Shown: positions 6,051 through 12,050, numbered from the stretch's first letter. The stretch is DNA of 12,050 bases from Gemmatimonadota bacterium (GCA_031372565.1 JANMLN010000092.1:1-12050); one strand, 5' to 3'. Notes: generated by a model not told the origin, from the letters alone. Numbers and translations: made by a program.

Positions 6051-7771
6051 TTCCCGCCCTTCCGCATCCGCTCCAGCTCCCGCTTGGCCGCCTGCTGCTC
6101 CTTGGTCAGCTTGACCGCCTTGAGTTGCGACGTCGGCGCGAGTTCGACCTCCTCCTCGGCAGCGCCACCATCGGCCTGCAGCGCCTCCCACTCCGCAAAG
6201 GGTCCGTCGAACTCGGAGATCTTCTGCTCCTCGATCCGCCAGACGCGCGTGACCAGCGAGCGGAGCAACGCCCGGTCATGGCTCACCAGAAGCACGGTCC
6301 CCGGGTAGCGCTCGATCGCGTCCTCGAGCGCCTCGATCGACTCGACGTCCAGATGGTTCGTGGGCTCGTCGAACACGAGCAGGTTGCTCGACTCGAGCAT
6401 CATGACGGCCAGCGCCACGCGCGCCTTCTCGCCGCCGGACAGTGTCGAGGCGCGTCGCAGCACCTCATCGCCCGAGAAGCCGAACCGGCCCAGGTGCCCC
6501 TGAATGGCCCCGCGTTCCCAGAGCGGACGGTGCCCCTGAATGATTTCGTAGAGCGACTTGTCGCCGGGCACCTGCGCCAGATCCTGACGGTACCACGACA
6601 TCGTGATCGACCCGCCCAGCCGCAGCTCGCCCCCCGTGGGCGGACGGTCCCCGGCCAGCGTGCGCAGCAGCGTCGTCTTGCCCGTGCCGTTCTGCCCGAG
6701 CAGCCCCACCACGTCGCCGCGGCGCACCACGCCGGTGAACTCACGCAACAGCGTGCGGTCCTCGACCTCGAGATGCAGCTTCTGCGCGACGATCACCTGA
6801 TCGCCGCCACGCTCGCGCACATCGAAGCGCACCGACATGGTCGATTCGTCGCCCACCGGCGGAGAGAGGCGCGGCAACCGCTCGAGCCGCTTGCGCCGCC
6901 CCTTGGCCTGCGACGAGTTCTGCCCGGCCAAGTGGCGGCGGATGTAGTCCTCTTCCTTGTTGACGACGGTGCGCTGCTTGTCCACGGCACGCTGCAGCGA
7001 CAGCCGCCGTTCGGTGCGCTGCTGCACGAAGAACGCGTACCCACCCGTGTACGGCGTGGCCGTTCCCCCCTCGAAATGAAGGGTGTGGTCGGTGAACGCC
7101 TCGAGGAATGCCCGGTCATGACTGATGACCATGACGGTGCGTTCCGTCTCACGCAGAAAGCCTTCCAACCACTGCGTGGTATCGAGGTCCAGATGGTTGG
7201 TCGGTTCGTCGAGGATGAGCACGTCGGCGTCGGCCACCAGCTGCCGCGCGAGACCCACGCGCGCACGTTCGCCGCCCGAGAGCGTGGAGAGCAGCCGCGT
7301 CCGCGAATCGACGGGTTCGAACCCCAATCCGTGCAAGACCGCATCGACCCGGTTGTCGAACTCGTAACCGCCTTCACGCTCGAACCGCTCCTGGTCGCGC
7401 GAGTACTTGTCGAGCATGGCATCGGTGACCTGATCACCGGCCGTCGCCATCGCATCGCCCTGCGCGTGGAGCGACTTCTCGAGCGCCAGCAGGTCGGCCC
7501 GCGCCATGGCGGCCCCTTCCCAGACGGTGTCGGCGCCTTCGAACGAGCGGTGCTGCTCCATGACCGACCACTTGAGGCCGGGATGGCGCGCGACGACGCC
7601 GGTGGTGGCTTGCTGGTCCCCGGTCAGGATGCGCACGATCGTCGTCTTGCCGCTGCCATTGCGACCGACGATGCCCCACTTCTCTCCGCGCGACACGGTG
7701 AAGGTGACGTCCTTGAGCAACGTGGTGGCGCCGAAGCTCACGCCCACGGCCGAAGTCGAGATGAGTGTCAC
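6047..7771 (-). CDS. ABC-F family ATP-binding protein (ribosome-associated translation factor, Uup/YheS/YdiF-like)
   Basis: Two tandem ABC domains and no TM segments. NBD1: GRNGSGKT / LSGGE / ILDEPTNHLD / ISHDR. NBD2: GQNGTGKT / LSGGEKARV / VFDEPTNHLD / VSHDR. Helical inter-domain linker (...SSQAKGRRKRLERL). GTG start at 7771 overlaps the upstream stop (GTGA), giving 574 aa. Confidence 0.95.
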   Translation of the reverse strand: MTLISTSAVGVSFGATTLLKDVTFTVSRGEKWGIVGRNGSGKTTIVRILTGDQQATTGVVARHPGLKWSVMEQHRSFEGADTVWEGAAMARADLLALEKSLHAQGDAMATAGDQVTDAMLDKYSRDQERFEREGGYEFDNRVDAVLHGLGFEPVDSRTRLLSTLSGGERARVGLARQLVADADVLILDEPTNHLDLDTTQWLEGFLRETERTVMVISHDRAFLEAFTDHTLHFEGGTATPYTGGYAFFVQQRTERRLSLQRAVDKQRTVVNKEEDYIRRHLAGQNSSQAKGRRKRLERLPRLSPPVGDESTMSVRFDVRERGGDQVIVAQKLHLEVEDRTLLREFTGVVRRGDVVGLLGQNGTGKTTLLRTLAGDRPPTGGELRLGGSITMSWYRQDLAQVPGDKSLYEIIQGHRPLWERGAIQGHLGRFGFSGDEVLRRASTLSGGEKARVALAVMMLESSNLLVFDEPTNHLDVESIEALEDAIERYPGTVLLVSHDRALLRSLVTRVWRIEEQKISEFDGPFAEWEALQADGGAAEEEVELAPTSQLKAVKLTKEQQAAKRELERMRKGGK

Positions 7772-8130
7772 AGTGTCCCGCGAGTGGTGGTGATCCAGGC
7801 GGCCCACGTTTCGGGAGCCGGCCCAACGGTCACCTCGTGCTTGAATCGGACGAGCGGTTGCACCAGCAGGAGCGGTTCATCGGCCAGCAGCTGCAGCCAG
7901 CGCTCGTCGCCGTACCGCGCCGGACCAAGACCCAGCTCGACAAAGCGTCGAGAGGTGCGGTCCACGAGCTGCTCTGCGCCGACCTTCTGCGCAAAGCGCT
8001 TGAGTTCGCCGGGAGACGCCGCCCGTTCGTTCAGGTCCACGAAGTGGGTACGAACGCGCCGTTCGGAGAAGAAGCGAAGCGCGGCGCGGGTGGCGGCGTG
8101 CTTCTTGGTGCCGAACACCTGCACCTCCAC
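7768..8130 (-). CDS. ArsC/Spx/YffB-like thioredoxin-fold protein lacking cysteine
   Basis: VEVQVFGTKKHAATRAALRFFSERRVRTHFVDLNERAASPGELKRF...EPLLLVQPLVR follows the ArsC/Spx pattern (IFG.K.C..TRKA..F..E...; P.L+.RP+V). The start is GTG 8130 or GTG 8151. Confidence 0.8.
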   Translation of the reverse strand: MEVQVFGTKKHAATRAALRFFSERRVRTHFVDLNERAASPGELKRFAQKVGAEQLVDRTSRRFVELGLGPARYGDERWLQLLADEPLLLVQPLVRFKHEVTVGPAPETWAAWITTTRGTL

Positions 8131-8153
8131 GGCGCCGGGCTGGGTGCTCACGT

Positions 8154-8160
8154 TAGTATG
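8154..8160. promoter_or_regulatory. Overlapping divergent sigma70-type -10 elements (TAGTAT on +, CATACT on -)
   Basis: This is the only AT-rich patch between the divergent starts at 8130/8151 (-) and 8169 (+). TAGTAT occupies 8154-8159 and CATACT 8160-8155. No clear -35 elements were identified. Confidence 0.45.
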
Positions 8161-8168
8161 TCGCTCGC

Positions 8169-9194
8169 ATGATCGAAGCTGCAATCTATTCGAGCGACGC
8201 CCCGTTCCGGGCCGCATGGTGGCTGTCCAACCCGCACTTGCAGACGCTGTGGGGCAAGGTCGCGCGCCGTGACCGGCTCGTGGCCACGCGTGCGGAACGC
8301 TGGGAGTTGCCCGACGGTGATTTTCTGGACCTCGAACGGCTCGACGGTCCCGAGGGCGCCCCACACCTCGTCATCCTGCACGGTCTCGAGGGCACGGCCG
8401 AGTCGCACTACGTGCGGTCCTGTTTCGTCGAGGCCGCAGTCCGGGGGTGGCGCGCCACGCTGTTGCTCTTTCGTGGCTGCTCCGGGTCGCTCAACCGGGC
8501 TCGGCGCCTGTACCACTCGGGCGAAACCACGGACCTTGACCATCTCGTACGCCGGATCGCGGCCGAGGCCCCGGGTGCCCCGATCGTGCTCTGCGGCTTT
8601 TCGCTGGGCGGCAACGTCACGCTCAAGTGGCTGGGCGAGCAGGGGAGTGCGGTTCCGGCCGAGGTGGTGGGGGCCGCTGCGGTGTCGGTGCCGTTCGACC
8701 TTGCGCGCGGGTCGCGCTACCTCGAGCGTGGCTTCGCGACCGTGTACACCAAGGCCTTTCTCCGCTCGCTCGTCCGCAAGGCGGAGGCCAAGGTCGCGCA
8801 GTTTCCCGACCTTCCCGTCGACCTGGCCGCCGCGCGCCGCGCCACCACGCTCTGGGCCTTTGACGACGCCATGACGGCCCCGCTGCACGGCTTCCGCGAC
8901 GCCGCGCACTATTACGCGAGCAGCTCCTCGCTCGGCTTCCTCGCGCAGATCCGGCGCCCGGTGTTGCTGCTCTCGGCGGTGGACGACCCCTTCGTGCCGC
9001 CGTCCGTGCTCGAGGATGTTCGGGCGATTGCCCGCGAGCGGTCGCACCTCACGTGCGACTTCCCGGCGACCGGTGGCCACGTCGGGTTCGTGAGTGGCGC
9101 GCGGCCGTGGCGTCCTGTCTATTTCGCGGAGCGTCGCTCGGTCGCTTGGCTGGCGACGCGCCTGTCGGAACGGATGGCGGAACGTCGCGCGTAA
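8169..9194 (+). CDS. YheT-family alpha/beta hydrolase (ABHD-like esterase/lipase)
   Basis: 341 aa. NPHLQTLW, ELPDGDFLDL, ILHGLEG, FRGCSG..NR..RLYHSGETxD, nucleophile GFSLGG, FDDAMTAPLHGF.DA.HYY, acid residue in DDPFV, and His in GGHVGF. Confidence 0.93.
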   Translation: MIEAAIYSSDAPFRAAWWLSNPHLQTLWGKVARRDRLVATRAERWELPDGDFLDLERLDGPEGAPHLVILHGLEGTAESHYVRSCFVEAAVRGWRATLLLFRGCSGSLNRARRLYHSGETTDLDHLVRRIAAEAPGAPIVLCGFSLGGNVTLKWLGEQGSAVPAEVVGAAAVSVPFDLARGSRYLERGFATVYTKAFLRSLVRKAEAKVAQFPDLPVDLAAARRATTLWAFDDAMTAPLHGFRDAAHYYASSSSLGFLAQIRRPVLLLSAVDDPFVPPSVLEDVRAIARERSHLTCDFPATGGHVGFVSGARPWRPVYFAERRSVAWLATRLSERMAERRA

Positions 9195-9219
9195 CGGCGC
9201 GTCGGCGCGCCGCCGCGAC
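9184..9219 (+). other. GC-rich hairpin spanning the hydrolase stop codon (no U-tract)
   Basis: CGGCGCG (9195-9201) / TCGG loop / CGCGCCG (9206-9212) forms a 7-bp stem, extendable by GTCGCG (9184-9189) pairing with CGCGAC (9214-9219). It could be an mRNA-stabilising or pause structure, or chance pairing at this GC content. Confidence 0.3.
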
Positions 9220-9247
9220 CCCGGACCCCCCAGATGGAGCTGTCCCC

Positions 9248-10174
9248 ATGACGTTCGCTCGTTCGCTCGCTGCAGTCAGCTTGGCGGCGCTCGCCGCCTG
9301 CCAAGGCAAGCACGCCGCCTCCGCCGCCGACGATCACGCCGGCCATGACAAGGACGGAACGCCCACCTCGGCGATGTCGGCGGGACAGGCCCTCGACGCG
9401 AAGCAGGAAGCGTCGCTTCCGGCCGGCGCCACCGACGTGAAGGCGCGGCTCGCCGCGTCGTCCCGGCACGGGGAGTGGGCCAAGATCGCCTGGGAAGCGG
9501 GGAGCAAGGACTCGCTGATGGCGTGGGTCGTGTATCCGGAGAACAAGAAGAAGGCGCCCGTGGTCGTGGTGATCCACGAGATCTTCGGCCTGTCGAGTTG
9601 GGTGCGCGGCGTGGCCGACCAGCTCGCGGCCGACGGCTTCATTGCCGTGGCGCCGGACCTGCTGTCGCAGAAGCGCGGGGGGCCCTCCAGCGACGAACTC
9701 GCCTCGGACTCGGCCGTCAAGCTCATCCGGGCCGTCACGACCGATGAGATGAACAAGGGAGTCGCCGCAGCGGGACGGTACGGGATGTCGCTACCAGCGG
9801 CGGCCAAGAAGTACGGCGTGGTCGGCTACTGCTGGGGCGGCTCCGCCTCATTCAATCATGCCGTGTTCAACGCCCCCGAGCTTGGCGCCGCTGTCGTGTA
9901 CTACGGCACGTCGCCGAAGGCCGAGGCGATGGCGACCGTCCGTGTGCCGGTGCTCGGGCTGTATGGCGAGAACGACCAGCGCGTGAACGCGACCATTCCC
10001 GTTGCCGACAGCACGATGAAGGCGCTCGGCCGCACGTACGAAAAGGAAGTCTTCGCCGGCGCCGGTCACGGGTTTCTGCGGGCACAGGATGGCGCGAACG
10101 GGGCCAACCTCTCGGCCACCAAGGGCGCGTGGCCGCGTACGATCGGGTGGTTCCGGAAGTATCTCGGAAGCTGA
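9248..10174 (+). CDS. Dienelactone hydrolase (carboxymethylenebutenolidase-like) family protein, predicted lipoprotein
   Basis: ATG 9248 with GGAG at 9236-9239. Lipoprotein signal MTFARSLAAVSLAALAA-C. Motifs VVVIHEIFGL, ADQLAADGFIAVAPDL, nucleophile GYCWGG, YYG, GENDQRV and AGHGF (Cys-Asp-His triad). Confidence 0.93.
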   Translation: MTFARSLAAVSLAALAACQGKHAASAADDHAGHDKDGTPTSAMSAGQALDAKQEASLPAGATDVKARLAASSRHGEWAKIAWEAGSKDSLMAWVVYPENKKKAPVVVVIHEIFGLSSWVRGVADQLAADGFIAVAPDLLSQKRGGPSSDELASDSAVKLIRAVTTDEMNKGVAAAGRYGMSLPAAAKKYGVVGYCWGGSASFNHAVFNAPELGAAVVYYGTSPKAEAMATVRVPVLGLYGENDQRVNATIPVADSTMKALGRTYEKEVFAGAGHGFLRAQDGANGANLSATKGAWPRTIGWFRKYLGS

Positions 10175-10183
10175 GGCCGGCTG

Positions 10184-10741
10184 ATGATCGTGTGGTATGT
10201 GGTATCGCTGCTGATCGGGTTCGGCCTCGGGCTGCGCCTGATGCAGCGCGGTGTGCTCAAGGAAACCAGTCCCGTACTGGGCGAAACGCCCGCACAGGCC
10301 GCACGGCGGCGGGCCGAGGCTCGACTCTTTTCTCCAGTGGCGGCCGCCGTGCTGGCCGCGTTCGGACTCACCGGTGGCGTGCTGCTGCGGCTGGTGGGTT
10401 GGAGCGAGCGGGGCAGCGTGGTGGCGGCGCTGCTGGCGGCTGGGTCGAGCGCAGTGTTGGCCACGGTGGTCCGGTCCTGGGCGCTCGACCCTTCTGCTCC
10501 GGCCGATCCCGAGGAGGATCCGCGCTTCTCTGTTCAGGGGCTGCCCGCGCTGGTGACACGAGCGATCGCCGCGGCGCGAGCGGGCGAGATCACCTGGCGT
10601 GTGGACGGCCGAACGGAAGTCACCGAAGCGCGCGCGCTCGATGGCGCGGCGCTGGGCGAGGGAACCGAAGTGGTGATCGACCGCCTTGAGGACGGGGTGG
10701 CGTGGGTCGAGACGTGGCACCAGGTGGAGGCTCGTCTCTAG
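10184..10741 (+). CDS. NfeD-like membrane protein (N-terminal TM helices, C-terminal OB-fold)
   Basis: 185 aa. Three hydrophobic segments including AAFGLTGGVL, then GLPALVTRAI...GEITWRVDGRTEVTEARALDGAALGEGTEVVIDRLEDGVAWVE, the pattern of short NfeD (YuaF-type) C-terminal domains. Confidence 0.75.
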   Translation: MIVWYVVSLLIGFGLGLRLMQRGVLKETSPVLGETPAQAARRRAEARLFSPVAAAVLAAFGLTGGVLLRLVGWSERGSVVAALLAAGSSAVLATVVRSWALDPSAPADPEEDPRFSVQGLPALVTRAIAAARAGEITWRVDGRTEVTEARALDGAALGEGTEVVIDRLEDGVAWVETWHQVEARL

Positions 10742-10792
10742 CGGACCATCTCATCAGGATGGCGCACGTATCACCGACGCCCGGGAGGGCTG

Positions 10793-11080
10793 ATGTCGGA
10801 CGCGGTGATTTTCGTTCTGGTGTTCAGCGGACTGCTCGTGCTGCGGATCCTCGCGGCCACGGCCGTCTTCATCGTGTTGCTGCCGAAGGGCGATCGCTGC
10901 CCGTTGTGCGACGCCGCGACGTTGCGTGTGCAGCACACCGTGTGGAACCGGATCGCTCCGTTCTTCCGCACGAGCTGGTGCACGGCCTGTGGCTGGGAGG
11001 GGATGCTGCGGCATGGCACCGTAAGCCCCGCTCCGCGCAGGGTGTCTTTTTCAGCGGTCGCGGACTCTGACCGTCGATAG
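10793..11080 (+). CDS. Hypothetical membrane-anchored zinc-ribbon protein
   Basis: 95 aa. Strong SD GGGAGG at 10783-10788. Hydrophobic N-terminal ~30 aa, then CPLC-x23-CTACGW. Confidence 0.8.
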   Translation: MSDAVIFVLVFSGLLVLRILAATAVFIVLLPKGDRCPLCDAATLRVQHTVWNRIAPFFRTSWCTACGWEGMLRHGTVSPAPRRVSFSAVADSDRR

Positions 11081-11101
11081 CAGCGGGTTCGCGCGGCGCA
11101 A

Positions 11102-11386
11102 TTAGTCAGCGCGCGCGAACAGACTGAGCCACTGAGGCCAGTTTCCGCTCATTTCAAAGACATCATCGAACCACTCAAGCCCTGCAGCTTCGAGATCATG
11201 AATGAAGGCGCCGAGTGCGTCTTCGTCGTGGATCGGGCCGATGGCAATGAGCCCGCCCTCGACGACGAACTCGTCCGGGGTGAGGCCCAAGCGTTCATCG
11301 ATCGCGCTCCGCACGAGGCCCGCTCGCTCGAAGGCGGCGCGCCGGATGAGCAGGGTGGGATGATCGGTGGTGAGCGGGATCGGCAT
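11102..11386 (-). CDS. Hypothetical protein, 94 aa, acidic
   Basis: C-terminal part of ORF 11102..11830: MPIPLTTDHPTLLIRRAAFERAGLVRSAIDERLGLTPDEFVVEGGLIAIGPIHDEDALGAFIHDLEAAGLEWFDDVFEMSGNWPQWLSLFARAD. It has globular-protein composition, unlike the Pro/Arg-rich upstream in-frame sequence. Family not recognised. Confidence 0.75.
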   Translation of the reverse strand: MPIPLTTDHPTLLIRRAAFERAGLVRSAIDERLGLTPDEFVVEGGLIAIGPIHDEDALGAFIHDLEAAGLEWFDDVFEMSGNWPQWLSLFARAD

Positions 11387-11462
11387 CGGCGGCGGTGCGG
11401 AGGGGGACGCGCGGGCTGCGGGAGCGGCCGGCAAACGCGGTCGCTGTCGAAGACGGGAGGGC

Positions 11463-11468
11463 AGGTTA
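11463..11468 (-). promoter_or_regulatory. Candidate -10 element (TAACCT) for the 94-aa hypothetical gene
   Basis: A TANNNT hexamer on the minus strand about 77 nt upstream of ATG 11386, in an otherwise very GC-rich context. Confidence 0.3.
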
Positions 11469-11593
11469 CGGGGGCCGGGGCGCGGGGGCAAGCGCACGCG
11501 GGCCATAGTGGATGCTCGCGCGCCTGGGCGATCACGCGTGAGCCCGTGCGCGAGGTCAGCACAATGTGCGAGAGCGGACGGGCCGGTCCCGTG

Positions 11594-11618
11594 TGCAACT
11601 TCCGCGCGCTGGAGCGTC
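11594..11618 (+). promoter_or_regulatory. Candidate ECF-sigma promoter (TGCAAC-N15-CGTC) upstream of the SIMPL gene
   Basis: TGCAAC at 11594-11599 and CGTC at 11615-11618 resemble the AAC/CGT ECF consensus. The spacer is 1 nt shorter than the common 16. Confidence 0.3.
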
Positions 11619-11658
11619 CTACGAGCGTACGCCGAGTGGAACCCGCCGGGCCACGCGG

Positions 11659-11668
11659 AATATAGTAT
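11659..11668. promoter_or_regulatory. AT-rich -10-like element(s) AATATAGTAT
   Basis: Contains TATAGT (11661-11666) and TAGTAT (11663-11668) on +, and TACTAT and TATATT on -. It lies in the most AT-rich stretch of the window, about 80 nt upstream of ATG 11747. Confidence 0.5.
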
Positions 11669-11746
11669 CAAGATGTTCCTAATTGTGCGCTGATCGCGCG
11701 ACTCATGTGCGCCCCGCCGCGGGACGCCTGCCTTGGAGGCTTCAGT

Positions 11747-12050
11747 ATGTCCGCTTCGACGTGCGTCTTCGTTCGACGCTTCGCGCCCGCCCGCGCCATC
11801 GCCCGCGGCGCCACCATCACCCTCGTACACGTGCCGAGTGCCTTCGTCCGATCAGCCTCGGCCCTCACCTTGGTGCTTTCACTGGCCTCCGCGTCGGCCG
11901 CGGCCCAGCAGCCGATGATGTCGCACGACCCCGTGCCGCAGGTGGTGGTCACTGGTCGCGGCGAGGTGAAGGTCGCACCGGACCGGGCGCTCCTCTCCCT
12001 CACGGTCGAGACCCGGCGACCACAGGCCGCAGCCGCATCGCAGGAGAACG
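11747..12050 (+). CDS. SIMPL domain (DUF541, YggE/BP26-like) periplasmic protein, N-terminal part (runs off the window)
   Basis: Not in the ORF track (no stop within the window). GGAGG at 11735-11739 precedes ATG 11747. Translation: MSASTCVFVRRFAPARAIARGATITLVHVPSAFVRSASALTLVLSLASASAAA-QQPMMSHDPVPQVVVTGRGEVKVAPDRALLSLTVETRRPQAAAASQEN. This has a signal peptide plus the SIMPL N-terminal motif V.G.GEV.V.PD.A.+.+.VET. Alternative start GTG 11831. Confidence 0.88.
   Translation, partial: MSASTCVFVRRFAPARAIARGATITLVHVPSAFVRSASALTLVLSLASASAAAQQPMMSHDPVPQVVVTGRGEVKVAPDRALLSLTVETRRPQAAAASQEN

Larger units (their letters stand above)
11526..11714. ncRNA. Candidate structured RNA or long imperfect fold-back (189 nt)
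   Basis: Hand-paired helices: GGGCG/CGCCC, CGCGTGAG/CTCATGTG, GGTCAGC/GCTGATC, ACAAT/ATTGT and inner TTCCGCG (11600-11606)/CGCGGAA (11654-11660). Not matched to a known Rfam family by eye. Confidence 0.25.

Noticed and set aside
6051..6191. N-terminal extension of TerC or a yybP-ykoY riboswitch
   Set aside because: The region is ABC-F coding sequence. GTG 6050 with a GTGA overlap is the better start, and no riboswitch motif was seen.
4040..6308. Antisense ORFs 4040..4984 (-) and 5238..6308 (+)
   Set aside because: They are mirror frames of murB and TerC with no independent domain evidence.
6125..8272. 715-aa plus-strand ORF
   Set aside because: It is an antisense shadow of the ABC-F and ArsC-like genes. 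It has no recognisable motifs, and long stop-free antisense frames are expected from high-GC codon bias.
8148..10720. Minus-strand ORFs 8148..9080 and 9848..10720
   Set aside because: They are shadows of the YheT hydrolase, dienelactone hydrolase and NfeD-like genes.
11387..11830. Long N-terminal extension of the 11102 ORF (242 aa) and other ORFs over the intergenic region
   Set aside because: The translation is low-complexity Pro/Arg/Ala, overlaps promoter-like motifs and the SIMPL start, and shows no domain signal.
1..12050. Mobile element, CRISPR array, tRNA/rRNA or defence system
   Set aside because: No transposase, integrase, nuclease or toxin motifs, no regularly spaced repeats and no cloverleaf were recognised. 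A lone TerC is not a ter operon.

Overview
A high-GC bacterial chromosomal segment (about 70% GC by eye, not computed). The gene content and protein style suggest Gemmatimonadota, which is inference only. It is densely coding, with no rRNA, tRNA, CRISPR array, transposase or integrase visible. Gene order from left to right: (1) the 3' end of a sensor histidine kinase (+). (2) A minus-strand run of two secreted M16 peptidase subunits (catalytic HxxEH subunit, then non-catalytic R/Y subunit), an 18-aa Fpg/Nei-like N-terminal remnant, a small KOW protein, a 12-aa micro-ORF and a molybdopterin oxidoreductase. (3) A divergently oriented MurB with atypical active-site motifs (+). (4) A translationally coupled minus-strand operon: Cys-less ArsC/Spx-like protein, ABC-F ATPase, TerC/Alx membrane protein. 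(5) A plus-strand run: YheT-type hydrolase, dienelactone-hydrolase-family lipoprotein, NfeD-like protein, membrane-anchored Zn-ribbon protein. (6) A small hypothetical gene (-), a 360-nt intergenic region with promoter motifs and a long imperfect fold-back, and the start of a SIMPL/DUF541 gene (+). Most content is housekeeping and I see no unambiguous new system. The best leads are the MPELPDITV gene scar with its coupled micro-ORF chain, the MurB YR-to-YD variant, the ~190-nt structured-RNA candidate, and the ArsC-like/ABC-F/TerC operon with its overlapping bidirectional -10 elements.
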